From contig BFEA01000027.1 of the NCBI GenBank assembly GCA_003427395.1, forward strand, positions 1,767,086 to 1,831,085: a stretch of 64,000 bases of DNA. The letters run 5' to 3'. Source of the stretch: Chara braunii. Lineage: Eukaryota; Plantae; Charophyceae. How positions within the stretch are numbered: the stretch's first letter is position 1; every line of letters begins with the position of its first letter. Below the pieces are notes generated by a model. That model saw nothing but the letters and a program-made list of their open reading frames with translations. It made no database searches and was not told the DNA's origin. The translations under genes were made by a program, and so were the position numbers. Below are positions 1 through 12,770 of the stretch, piece after piece.

Positions 1-33
1 GACGCCGGGCCTGGTTCCCGGCTTTTATAAAGA

Positions 34-75
<42 letters not shown>

Positions 76-1983
76 ACCCAAGAGCCTATCTCAGTGGGTA
101 AACCATTCAACTGTTGAAAAAAAAGAATTCCTCACGGAACTGAGGATTAAAAAAAAAAATAAAAAAAAATCACACTAAGGCACCCCCCTTTAAAACCCTT
201 TAGCCCCTTTAAAATTCATTTATACTCCCCTTCCCCCCCCTTGACAGCCAACTCTCAAAAAAAGAAAAAGCCCCGATTTGGGCTCCTCTCGGAGAGCGCG
301 GAAAAACTCCACCGCCAATATTTTTATTTTTATTTTTTTTCCATGCCCGGGTATCCCGGGTGTCAGACCCCACCGGGCGTCACGCCCGGGTGACCGGCCT
401 GTCCAGCCGGTCATGAAAATCTTCCTAGTTTTTTTTGAAAAATTCTCCCTTTCAAAAAACAAAGGCTCCACCAACAAGCCTAACTCAGCTGAAATACAGA
501 CCTGCGTCGGAATCCAGACACAATTAAAAAAAAAAAGAAAAAAAAAAAAAAAGGCTCCATTTTATTAGCAACACGTGCTGTCAAGTGAGTTTAGATGAGA
601 AGAGAAGAGACAACAATGATGATAAAACAAACAAAAAAGAAAAAGAAAAGACAAGAGGTCTGATGAGAAGCAATCAAAGGATCTCATGCAGTGCATAAGC
701 GCGGCCAGTGGCAGGGGTGGGCAGTTAGGGTTTTGTAGTTGGTGCTTGGGCAGCCAGTGCAGGGCTGCGCCATCAAGGATGTGGTCAGGAAGAGCTTGTT
801 GTTGGCATGGCTGGAGCAAAAACGTCGAGTGTATGTCATAAGATCTCTTCGATATCAACGTCTTCAGATAAGGACAGGAGCGCAGAGGTTAGGCAGCGAA
901 GTAGTATCATTGAGTTAACTCAGTTAATAGATACGGGCGCCTTCGGCCNATCTATATAGAGACTCAAACGACGCCTTCGGCGCCTTCGGTCGGGGACCCG
1001 GCTCTTGCGAGCCCTTTGGCACGCGTCCCCGGGTTTTGGGGTAGTAAGTGTTAATTACCCCCCCACCAATAAATAGATACAAATAGAAATAACCAAACCA
1101 CATCAACAAAATGCCAATACCAAGCGGCAGCTTCAAACCCGAAATGGTGTCTTCGAGTAAAATGACCCATGTACTGACGAACACAACAGATAATAAGAAA
1201 AATGGTTCCTACGATGACATGAAAGCCATGGAATCCAGTAGCTAAAAAGAATGTAGAGCGAGGAGAATTGCTTATCTCCTGGTCATACCGTGTCCCGGTT
1301 GACTTTTCTCAGCAATCAATCTACACTCACGGTTGACTTTTCTCAGAAATCAATCTACACTCAGGGTGGACGGCGGCATGTGGACTGCAGGATTGTGAAG
1401 GCATCAGTTCGCTCAGAATGTGGAATCTCATCACAGTGGGAGCGAGCCTCCTTGCCCTAGAAACAGAGTACGATCAAATGTTTGTTATCTAGAGAAGTTC
1501 TTTACAAGAGAGATTGGGTTGAGCTGTTGTGGAGTTCTGCTCGGTGTGGCTGTAGTGTTAACTCTCTATGAATGGATAGAGGGTCTCGCCACACTACTCA
1601 CCAAATGCACAAAAGACAAAAATGATGGCTGTGCAATGTGCATAGCGGAAGATTTGTTATCATTTTTGTCTATTTGGTGAGTAGTGCACCGAGGCCAAGA
1701 GGCACAGTCGTGGTGACTTGCGACATGTTGGTGGAAAGTTGATCTGTCTCTGGCGATTGTCTCTTTTTTTTGTTGTGGGGTTCGTTTTTTCTCCCAGGAA
1801 ACACATAGCTGCTTGTTTTCTCTTTTTGCTGATGGGTGCGAGTTTTCTGTTAATATACGACGTAAAATCAGGACAGTTGGCGCCAGGTCCAGGGTGAAGA
1901 GGTTCCTCCCCCTTTTCCAATATCCTGCTCAAAGAATCCCCTGGATCCCAGGGTAATCAATGCTGGCAGGAATGGCCCGCATC

Positions 1984-2714
1984 CATACATGCAAGCGCAC
2001 CTCGTGCGGGCAGTTCCCGACATGCGGCGCACGCGCCCAACCGATCCCGTGCGGGGAACGACCCGTCACCCCCCTCCAAAAAAAAAAACAAGGCCCGGGG
2101 TCGAAATGGTGCATTCGAGACCCCCCGCCAAAATTATAAGCGGGATGAATTTCTTTTTTTGCAGGAGTGCTGCCTCACCTTGCTCCTCCTCCCCTTCCTC
2201 CTCATCCATGTCTCCTCCTCCCTTCTCCTTTTCGTTTCCTCATTTTCGTTTCCTCATTTTCGTCCTCCTCCTGCCCTCCATGTCTCCTCCTCCTGTCCGT
2301 CCTCCTCCTGCCTTTCCTCATCCTCCTTGTCTCCTCCTCCTCCTAGTACTTCGCCATCTTCCATGCCTCCTCGATTCCTTACCTTCCTCATGTCCTCCCC
2401 TTCCTCTCTGTTCATGTGTCCTCCTCCTCCCACTCGTCCTCCTGCCCTTCCTCTTTCCCTCCGTCCATCTCTTCTCCTCCCCCATCTCTGCTCCTCCTCG
2501 TCGTCGTCCTCGCTGTTCTCGTCGTCCTCCTCGGCCACATCCTCCTCCTCCTCTCTATGTCCCCCTCTACTCGCCATATCCCCAGCTTCCTGTCATACCC
2601 CCCCCCCCCATCCCCCCCCCAAAAAAAAAAAAAAAAAAAAACTGCGCGATTCCACACAGGCACCCCCCGCACGGAACTCCGCACGAATGTGCGGCTCGTG
2701 CGGTTGCAAGTATG
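1984..2714. mobile_element. hAT-type MITE with a (TCC)n-rich core
   Basis: TIR CATACWTGCAASCGCAC, perfect 8-bp TSD CCCGCATC. Confidence 0.85.
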
Positions 2715-2753
2715 CCCGCATCTGTTTCTCTGGTTTGGCTTCTGTCTGAATAT

Positions 2754-2898
2754 GGGATGCTGGACCCGTTTACCAGCAGGTGATGCTCCCCACCAATAGA
2801 TGGAGCCTCTCCCCAGGTGCTAACGGTGTCTGCTCTTATCAGCACCACTAGCACTGGTGGAGACGTGTTAAAAAAATAAAAAAATAAAAATAAAAAAT
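2754..2898 (+). mobile_element. Retroposon 3' tail (pseudoknot 1, pseudoknot 2, hairpin, A-rich tail)
   Basis: GGGATGCTGGACCCGTTTACCAGCAGGTG..GCTCCCCACCAATAGATGGAGC followed by an A-rich tail. Confidence 0.75.
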
Positions 2899-3564
2899 CA
2901 AGACGGTTGGAAAAATACACTCCAAACATATGCCATACTTCTCGTTCCCACCAACCAGCTGCCAGAAGTATTTTGACTACTGAATAGATGGGAGTTACTT
3001 CACCTACTCCAACATGTGTATGTACACAAAGACGCGAGTTATACTGAATACTCATTAGGTTGTACACCACTATTTCTTTTTGTTGTAAGATGGGAGGACA
3101 AGTGGTTAACGGGGACCCCCACTTTTCGGCCCTAGGTAACGATGAATGATCCTGAAATTAGGGTTTCGGGGTCAAATTTTGTGTTTGCTTGGGATGGCCT
3201 TATGGTTTTCTTATAACTTGAGGTGAAAAATGGGGGGTCGGTTAACCTTTTCTCGATGGGAGACATGGAGGTGACAGGCAGTAATAGCGGCTTGTTTTCG
3301 CCTCTGTGGGTGTGAGAGGTGTTAGACTAGACACCGGGATAGTTGTGGCTCGGTTTTTGAGTGATCTTGTTCCTGATTGCTCCTGTTAGAAAGTAGTGAT
3401 TGGCTTATAGGCGATAGACGATGACGAGGTTGGTAGGATGGGGGGGGGGGTATCCTTCATACTAGCTCATAGCCACTGGTTAATATATTTTTCAGTTGAG
3501 GTGGGGTGAGCCCCTTGGTTGTCTGAGTTTCAGGGTTGGCTTTCATAATCGGTGAGCTATGATT

Positions 3565-6500
3565 CTTTTTTTTTTTTTTTTTTCACAAAACAAACAGCTC
3601 CATCTATTGGTGGGGAGCAACACCTGCTGGAAACCAGGTCCAGCGTCCCATAGATACAACCATATCCTCTTCATTTGGCACAAACTGGGAACCGGGCCCA
3701 GTGTCCCATCATCAGAAAATTTCATGAATGTAGACAAGGAACTACTAGAAAAATCCAAACAGCAATTAGTGGAAGTCCTTCGAATGCTCAGAACCCCTGG
3801 AAGCTACCCACAAAAAACACTCTAAAATTCTCTAATACTGTCCTCCTCCCTGCCGAGCTCTCCCAAGCCTCATGCCCCCACCCTGCTAGGTTACAGGGCA
3901 ACATGACTCACCCCAGCTCCAGCCAGCGTCGTCCCGACAGCACCCCTTGGTTTTCCCTTGGAATGCCCGGCCCAAAGCATCCCCAGATCTCTCTACCAGG
4001 CCTCACGCTCCTGCTATTAACAGGTTACAGGGCAATCCCCCAGCACCGGCCAACGTCGTTCTGGCATCGAAAAGCAAACAGATCCACGAGTAAACAGCAT
4101 CAAGGAAACTGAGACTGCTTTTGCAAGAAGTACCCAGAGTCCTAAACAATTCTCAAGACTACCAAAAATATCCAGAAACATCTCGAAACTGGCAAAGAAA
4201 CTAGGGCCCGATTGAAAAAAAAAATTGAGGTGACTATGACAAAATTCAGAAATCGACTCAGAGAAAAACCCCATCAACCCTCTACACCTCCCTCCGGCAA
4301 GACTAACTGCAACAGAGTCACCATCTCTGCTGCTGCTGTGCCATACTCCCATCCTACCAGCTAGCCCCCTTACTGATAGGACGCGTGATATCCCCCCATT
4401 TTCTTCTCCCACCCACCCTATTTTCTTCTTAAGGTACGTCAGAACACATTAAAGTAAAAAAGAGCATGGGAATAGGCCGCAGGGGTCCTGCAAATGATCC
4501 AAAAAACGTTGAAGTCCCTCACACACCCTTCCGAAGTCTTCCAAAACTGTCTTACTCCCTGCCGAGCTCTTCCAGGTCTCCCACCCCCACATCTAGCTGG
4601 GTTATAGGGCAACACGACTCACCCCAGCTCCGACCAGCGTCATCCCGGCAGTAACCCTTGGATGTCCCGTGGAATGCCCACCCCAAAGCATCCCCAGATC
4701 TCTCTACCAGGCCTCATGCTCCCGCGTTGCAGGTTACAGGGCAACTCCCCAGCACCGGCCAGCGTCGTTCTGGCATCGGACAACCGCAAATCACTGAGTA
4801 AAACAACCTCAAAGCCACCTCAGGATGAATTAGCAGGAATCTCAAAATCCTAAAGACCATCCAGGACTACCAAACAACCTAATCTTATTAAGATTTTCGC
4901 TCTAAACTTTATGAGAATGGGGGGGCCGAAACTAAAACGCCTACTATCCTAAAATCCCCCCTCATTAGACCAAGTGTCAGTCCAGGCTTTCAGTCTTCGT
5001 ATCAGGACTCACTTGATCTCATACCCCCTCTCTGCTAGGGTAACAGGGTACCACAACCCTCCCCAGTACCGACCAAACTTGTTCTGACAGTCAGGAAGTG
5101 CCTTCCTCCCTCGGCAGTTCCTGTAGCGGCAAGCCCCTAACCGGTTACAGGGTCAATACCCCAGCGCCAGCCTCGTTGGACGGTCTGGTTATGCGCTCAG
5201 CATAACTTTGCAGGCCTCAAGCTCCCCCCGGGTTACAGAGCACAAGCTCCAGCACCGGCCTGCGTCGTCCCAGCGCCGTCCTTCTAACCTACTTACCCTG
5301 ACCAACAACCCTCCTCTGTTGAGGCCCCCTTCTGCCTTCCATCCCCAATCCCAGCTTCACACCCCTAAGAAATTCCTTCAGAAGCCTAAATCTGGAAAAG
5401 GTTAAAAACGAATTTCAGGAATTCTATCTGAACCATCTTTTAGGATTTTAGAAAGAGAAAGAACGACAAATCTGGAATTTAGAATCAGAATTATTCCACA
5501 TGGAGAATGACTTCGAATGGAATTTGAAACCAAATGAGTGAGTGGATCATTTGTGATGTCCAAAATGACTTTCGATTCAGATTCCTAGAACCCCGAGGTC
5601 CCAAGAATCGTTCTGATGGTAAGTCAAAGAATACCAATTAGCAGAAACAAATCAGCGATCAAATATATGTGAAAAGAACAACGAATCTAAAATCCAGCAC
5701 CAATCGACGAAAAATTGCGAACTACCAATCGATTTTTTTTCAGAAATTTCATTTCAAAGACAGAATTACGAATTTACTGGATCAGAATTATCAGTTATAC
5801 GTGCGTGACCTATTGAAGATTCTATGTAAAAAATCCAATTAGGCAAAACACTATCAGAGAGTCTCCACCCTGGAACACGATGATAACAAGGCATAAAGAA
5901 AACCATCAAGAAGACCATCTGGCAACAAAAAATACGAAATCGTACCAGATGATCATCATATCGACTCAAGATCCAGAATCCTCGAATGAAACCCCAAATC
6001 CCTGGAAAATCACTCAGAATTGATTATGAAAACGTTAGTAGAGTTCGAAAGAGGATGCATCCAGACCACGCGTGAGTTGTATAAAAGCCAGAACTCCTAA
6101 CCCTTCTTCCTCAGCCACAAATTACCACCCCTTCCCTCTCCCCCTTCAGACCCTACCCCTGCGCTTTTGGGGGAAGCAAGATTCCCTTCCCTCCCACTGC
6201 TAACATCTTGGCTCCTTGGCTCAAAGTAAAACGCTAGCTCCAAAAGCATAATCGGCCATCTTCGACTCCACAGCATCGAAAACAGTGTGGCATCCCCTCG
6301 CCAAGGCCGTTGGTGAGTCGCCACAGGAGGTCCAACACCACCCTGCTTATACACTTACCATATTCATACCCGTGGTTGAGGAAGAGGGAAAGATTTTCAA
6401 GACGCGTTGTCTCGTCGGTAACATCATTCACAACAGAAAAAAGTCCAGCCGACATCGATTAGGATGCCGCTCCCCACCACCATGCACTTCGTCGACCTAC

Positions 6501-7152
6501 TCAGCTCCCGCCACTCCCGCTATCTAACGCGCCGTTCACGTACAAGGATTTGCATGATCACACTTCAGCAACGCTCCTCCTGCCCTAACACCCCGCCCTG
6601 CCTCCATAGAAGGCTCCATCCCCACCGTCGCCACTTCCCTCCCATCCGCTTGCTATCACACCGCGAGTTCTCCACCACTGGCTTGCTTCAGAGATTCACG
6701 CTTAAGCGCGCAGCAGCGTCTCTATTTTGGACCTGTGCCTGCCAAACAGAGCAGGATGCCCCTCCTGCCCTAGCGCCAGACACCGCCCTGCCTCCATAGG
6801 AAGCTCCATCCACAACCTCCCGTACCTCCTCCAGCGCGCCAATCCTCCGTGAGCTCGATAAAACTTCCAAGTTCGCATGATGGCTCCTCTAGCATAGGCA
6901 GGATATGGCGAGGTCAACACACACGACCGCCCTACCCATGTCAAACGCAGCTGATCGCACGCTGAGACAACCGACCTCCATCGCTACGTAGATTGACGCG
7001 CGGCAGCAACACGCCAGGTGAACGCGCCATGCGAAACCGCGCCGCAGAGACACGCCGTGTGAAGGCGCCAATCGGGCGCGTCGTGTGGCCGGGCGCAGCG
7101 CTCCCGGTAGCGCTGCGCCCTCCCTCCGCAGAACTTCATTCTCATTTTGCAC
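3565..7152 (-). mobile_element. Complete non-autonomous poly(A) retroposon: GC-rich leader, decayed short ORF, Alu-domain-like array, pseudoknot tail
   Basis: Perfect 15-bp TSD CGGTGAGCTATGATT (3550-3564, 7153-7167), poly(A) at the minus-strand 3' end, no RT motifs seen. Confidence 0.85.
3866..5263 (-). ncRNA. Array of seven SRP/7SL Alu-domain-like folds (3866-3924, 3999-4051, 4575-4635, 4710-4760, 5015-5074, 5128-5172, 5210-5263)
   Basis: Each folds as stem-helix3-UGUAA-helix4-stem, with compensatory changes between units and loop-loop complementarity in some. Confidence 0.7.
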
Positions 7153-9653
7153 CGGTGAGCTATGATTTTGTAATGGTGCTGATGTTGAATTTTGAGACCT
7201 CAGACCTGGTTCCTGGTGGGTGTTTTTTTTTTTTTTTTTTTTTTTCCCAAAAGGAAAAAAAGATGCAAGTTGCCTTCTCCTCATATGGGGGACAGCTGCA
7301 TTTTACTACTCTGTATTCTTCTCTCAATATTCTCTTTTTTTAATTCAAGCATTGGACAATGATTCCAAGACTTTGTTGCATTTCTTCAATGCGGACACAA
7401 TAACGATCATAACAATCTCCTCGTGTACCTATGCGTACATCAAATTCTACTTTGTCATAAACATTGTACGGTCCTGCTTTTCACTAATCCCAGGAAACCC
7501 CTGAACCTCTTAACATTACACCACTAAATCCCCAATCCATAGCCTGTTGTGCAGTAACAGTACCGATATCCACGAGTCGTCGTTTCCAAATACGATTATT
7601 TTTTAACATTTCTCAGACTACCTATTACACCACTAAATCTCCAATCTGTAGCCTGTTGTGCAGTAACAGTGCCAATATCTACAAGTCATCGTTTCCAAAG
7701 ACAATTATTTCTTAACATTTCTCACAATACCTACCCCAAGCTATATACTTGGGTCTTAGGGTCATGGACTACGGGAGGGAGGCAAATAATTTACTACCCC
7801 CTAAACTATCCTATAGTGGACAGAGGACGAGCCTTAAATTTACTGATCTGGACTAAAGCTATCCTAAGGTTATGGGTCTACGCCTATCTAACTCTGCTCT
7901 GTGTGGGAAGCAGCACCCACGCTCCTTACACCTGGCGCTGACAACACCCGGCAAAAAAAAACAGAATAAGTGAACCACCAGTACCTTTCGCAGGTGAAGG
8001 TTTCTGATGATTAATGTACAACCGTGATTTTCGGATGAGTAGTGCTGCCGGAGCTCAATGGCTGGCGGCGCCAGGCAAAGAAAAACAAAAGTGTGCCTGC
8101 GCCAGTCTGTTCTTTCTTGGCGCGCATAGGAAATCCCGCCGGGGAAAAGAGGCTCAGAGGTACTGGTGGTTCAAGAAAAATCTTGGAGAAAGAAGTGGTG
8201 TGCAAGAATAGAAGAACAGCAATCGAACCAAGACTTCCAACCACATGCATGAACCCTGATCCTGCCTCAATTTTCCAAAGTCTACCCTCAGGTATGCTGG
8301 AGGATAGCGCACACTCCCAAGCCCCATCCACCATACTGTTCAAGTAAGCGGAGCCCCTCCACTCTGACCGCTCTCCTCACACAAAAGAGTGCATGCTCAG
8401 CAGGACTTAACATTATTTTGAAACTGTCATCCCTGGAAGCAATGTCGTTCCACGATTGTGTCCCACCCTACACTGGAAAAAGTCAGAGGACCTATGCTCG
8501 ACAAGAGTTCGATCGCAAAACTTGACAGAGGATCAAAATAGTTTTTGTAGAGGACATTGGTTCGATGTCTGTGGGACATGCAATTGCCAGAATGGTGAAG
8601 GTGCTCTTTGATATGGTCTTCGACCACCCAGTCCCGCAACAAACTTCATCATCATCCGCAACGACAGAGCTACCCTCTACCAGGACAAAGGCACACAGCC
8701 AGGTGACCTCGTTTCAACCCAGATTGTCAGCCTCCTCTCCGACCAATCTGAGGTGGGGACAGATGAATTGGAGTGGGAAGTCCCGGGCTGTTAGGAGGAG
8801 TCAGATGACTCTGATGAGTAGGCACACAGCAGTTTCGCTATTGCTGTGTAATGGCGGTAATCAAGCGCCAGAGGCGACAGCAGCAGAGACCTCGCCGCTG
8901 AGGATACAACAGGTTAGTTCCACGACAAATGCAATGGTGTCCCTTCAGGCCAAGCTCATAGACAGAGTCCACCCTTGCTCGGACATGGCACCTGCTGCAC
9001 CTACAGACCATCAGCCCTGATCCAGGATTTGGCACAATCCCATAGCATGGTCGGCACATAAACCAGTACCTTGAGGTAAGCCGACGAATCCAATCAGGCC
9101 CTCCTCTGAGATGGACGTCCGATACCCTCCGGTTCAAGGGATTCTGGTCTTCCCAATGAAGAGGCACCCACAGTCCCAACAATGGCTGCTGGGATTGAGA
9201 CCGAATGGTTGTTTGTTTGTGGACAATGGAGTTTACAACCGCAAGGGACAATCCAATTACATGGGCCTGACTGCTGAAGGGTGGAAAGGGGACTGCTCCA
9301 GAGCAGAAACATCCAACAAGTCGAGCGCTAATGAAGTTCGACGAACAGCAGGGGATCACCAAGGTGGCCTCCCACAAGCACCCCTCTTCCCTGTCAGTAT
9401 CACCCTGGTGATTCCACTGACTGACTCAGCTTGGAATACCAACGGAAAGGAGGAGGGCCTGCTGCGGCTCTCCGGTACCTCAGGTGCACGCTTTCAGGCA
9501 AGCCCCTTGTTGGAGAACTCACTTTCGGACACCCAGAATGCCAGGGATGATCTTCCTCTGCTTATTCAACTTAGTATTCTTTTTGTCAAAATTTGTGAAC
9601 TTAGTCTGACTTTTTATCACTTTTATTTGTTTGTTTTTTACTTCATTTGTTAT

Positions 9654-10013
9654 TTTCATTGGTTAATCTTCAGTTAAACAAGACCGCTCACCAGGTTATC
9701 ACAGCAGTCAGCCTGAATATACCCAGAAATGGGTGTCACCAGCACGGGGCTCTTCATTTCCTTCTATGCCGCCCCCCTCCCCCTTGATTCCCCCCACATC
9801 CCCTGTCTGCTCTCTACTAGGACTACCCCCCCTTTTCATTGGTTAATCTTAAGTTAAACAAGACTGCTCACCAGGTTATCACAGCAGTCAGCCTGAATAT
9901 ACCCAGCAATGGGTGTCACCAGCACGAGCCTCTTCATTTCCTTCTATGCCGCCCCCTCCCCCTTGATTCCCCCCACATCCCCTGTCTGCTCTCTACTAGA
10001 AGTACTACCCCCC
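9654..10013. repeat. About 180-bp tandem duplication
   Basis: TTTCATTGGTTAATCTT... repeated at 9654 and 9834. Confidence 0.9.
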
Positions 10014-10823
10014 TCCCATCCGGCTTCGCTTCCCTACCCCACGGTGGTTCCAACCCACTTCACTGCACCCTCTCCTGGGCCAAAAAGCTGGGACAGACAT
10101 GCTAAACCACCAGTAGTTCCGAGCTTCCTTTTCTCAATACTGATCTCTGCCATGTGCCGAGTTTCATCGGACAAACGTGAGTGCGGAATCAATTTTGTTT
10201 GCTCGCACTGCCAGGCTTTTCATAGCGGTACGCTGAGAGCCCCGAAAGACGTGGCGCCCTAACGGCCACAATGAAACAAGATAAATGGGAAAAGTACTTT
10301 GTGGTTTAACGGATTAATGTGGCTAATGATAATAAGGAAAATGCTATTTGGTACCAGCTCAGATGTAGAGAATTGGGGACGTGGCCAGAAGCGATATGCA
10401 TCCGAGACAACCACCTCTCCCATTCCGCCCCCCCTCACACACAGCAAAGGGTAAATGGATTTGGACACGTGAAGCTCTCGACACTCAGGGGTGGCTATAT
10501 GGCTCCCCCATCATCCGGGCTTAATCCCCTGCATTCAGACTATGATTGGGGGTAGAGACGAACAACTCACAGCCAGCCCCCCGACCAGGACAACCACCAC
10601 TACGCGCCCAAGGCAATAAGAGCAGATGCCCGTACTGGTTCGTTTCTTTTGGCGTGCAGTGCCTGGTACGCTCGTAAAAAGCAGCCTCGGACATAGTAGT
10701 GGTTTAATAACCTTCAAAGTTCAACCTGCACAGGATCAGCCGCAGAGATGCGTGGACCAGCAGGCCCCAGTCCGAAGCATCCAAGCTAGGATCTAAAGGA
10801 CAGGACTGGTGTAACGATGACTA

Positions 10824-10928
10824 CAGTCTTCCCCCGAATACAACGTACGGTCATTATAGCTGAATTTAGACCGAAAGACGCACCAAATTCGGCAATAATG
10901 ACCGTACGTTGTATTCCGGGGAAGACTG
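10824..10928. mobile_element. Palindromic Tc1/pogo-type MITE
   Basis: About 44-bp near-perfect inverted repeat CAGTCTTCCCC..., TA on both sides. Confidence 0.85.
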
Positions 10929-10939
10929 TAGAACGTTTT

Positions 10940-12290
10940 CCAATAAAGCTACAAGTAAAGCTTGGATGACCCAAGCAGGATTCAAAAAGACCGCACTGAA
11001 GGAACGATGGCCAGGCCGAACATGATACCTTTCTTTCAACATCCCTCCGACATACACATCCTTGAAAGAAATAATGCCTACACAACTGTGGACTAAACGA
11101 CCCAGTATTACAAAAACACTCTTCACCTCAGGAACATCTTGATGGGGAGAAGAAGCTGACCGGATTGAAGGGGAAGCAACGTCGCAGAACCTCAATGCCT
11201 CGTTGACTAAGCAGCAGGAGGCCCTAGAGGGGCCCCTCACTGAGCATGAACTCCTGGCTGCTCTGTGAGACACCAGGTTTGGACTCCCTGCCCAAATAGT
11301 TCTGGCTGAAGGCGGGCCAGCGGCCTAGCTCAGTTGGTTTCGCACACAAGTGGCATTCAGGAGGTCGTGGGTTCAGTTCCTCACGGGCGCCTGCGGTGTG
11401 CTTGGTATTCATCAGCCGAGATAGTTGACTTGCCCCCCCCTGGTCGGCCTTGGCAGGGTCCGGGTCCCTGCCATTCCTCGCTGGGGGTTAGTTGCTAGGT
11501 TTGGTAGATTTCGGATGGGCCTTCCTGCGATGCTTAGACATGGATTCCTCTTCTTAGCGGCTGTCACAATACCTGGTAGATTTCAGTTGGCTCTTCTCAT
11601 GGTGCTTAGACATGGGCTGCTGTGCTTAGACTGGTAGGTAGGTAGTGTGAGGTATAATTGAGAGAAGAAAATAGCTTAGTAGTTGTAAAAAAAAAAAAAA
11701 AAGAGTTCTGGCCAAAGGTTTGGGATGCCTTCAGCATGGACCTCATGCACTATCTCAATGCAGTCCGGAGAGACACATCTTTTGGGGTTCTGATTGGCCG
11801 AGGGGTGACTACAAAGCTTGAAATACAGAACTACGGACTGATAACATTACGTCTCCTCGGAGTCCACCCCTATAAAACAGTAGCTAATGTGTTCTGGGTA
11901 ACCGATTGTTGCCACACATGAATCTACATACACACCCTGATCAGTTCGGCCTTATGCCCCAAAGGAATATCCAGGGTGATATGCTACTAGTAAATGAGAT
12001 GATTTGCTATCCAAGGGAAAGAGACATTCAGGTGTTAGTTCTCTTCATTGATTTAGAAAAGGTGTACAATCATGTGGACTGGGATTTTCTGGATCTATGT
12101 TTCCAAAGGGGGATGAACTTTGCGCCTCAGTTCAGGAACTGGGTAAGAATACTACACAGATGACCATCTCCTAGCGTAATACTAAATGGTTACCTTTCAA
12201 CCTCCTTGTCCCAACAAAGGTCTGTCCGGCAACAGCAACCCTATTGCACCTCTGCTGTTTGTCCTTGCAATGGCGGGCAAACGAGAAGAG
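10940..12290 (+). pseudogene. Decayed L1/Tx1-type LINE ORF2 (RT) fragment
   Basis: PGLDSLP, NYGLITL, HPDQFGLMPQRNIQ, FIDLEKVYNHVDWDFL, FRNWV, RSVRQ. Confidence 0.85.
11313..11702 (+). mobile_element. tRNA-derived SINE inserted in the LINE remnant
   Basis: A box TAGCTCAGTTGG, B-box-like GGTTCAGTTCC, poly(A), TSD AGTTCTGGCTGAAGG/AGTTCTGGCCAAAGG. Confidence 0.85.
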
Positions 12291-12679
12291 GCCATTGAGG
12301 AATTATTGAGGGTCGACCTTGTTTGGTAGAACGTAAAACCGGAGCTGGATCATTAGAGAATTTGGAGGCGGTGTGGGGAAGGGAGGTGGCCTTCACCGAC
12401 CATCTGTTCCTCTGTAGCAATCCAACGATCAAGGCAGTATATGTGCTGGCCACATGAGGCATCAGCATACTGGCCGCAAGGGCATCAGCAACAGTGCACA
12501 GAACTTTGACAGTGCCAACTTTTGATGATTTTTATCATTTTTTGTAATTAATTGTTGGCTGACAATTCTGAAAAACTCAGGGTGATGGATTGAATGCTCA
12601 CTGCTCATCTTCTCCCAAAAATACCAAAGAAAGGTTAACAAAAAATCCCGGTTCTGAAAAAACAAAAAAAATTCTAGCA

Positions 12680-12770
12680 GTCCTTTGGGACATCCGTTAA
12701 AATTGGAACGATACAGAGAAGGAAGATTAGCATGGCCCCTGCGCGAAGATGACACACATAAATTGAGAAA
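12680..12770 (+). pseudogene. U6: U6 snRNA retrocopy
   Basis: GTCC..GACATCCGTTAAAATTGGAACGATACAGAGAA..GATTAGCATGGCCCCTGCGC; flanking AATTCTAG duplication. Confidence 0.9.

Noticed and set aside
1989-2799. Long Pro/Ser/Glu-rich ORFs
   Set aside because: Products of the (TCC)n low-complexity core of a hAT MITE.
3866-5263. Repeat array as CRISPR-like, or as twister/HDV/pistol ribozymes
   Set aside because: Eukaryotic context, irregular spacing and diverged units. The catalytic consensus motifs of those ribozymes are absent, and the Alu-domain fold explains the pairing better.
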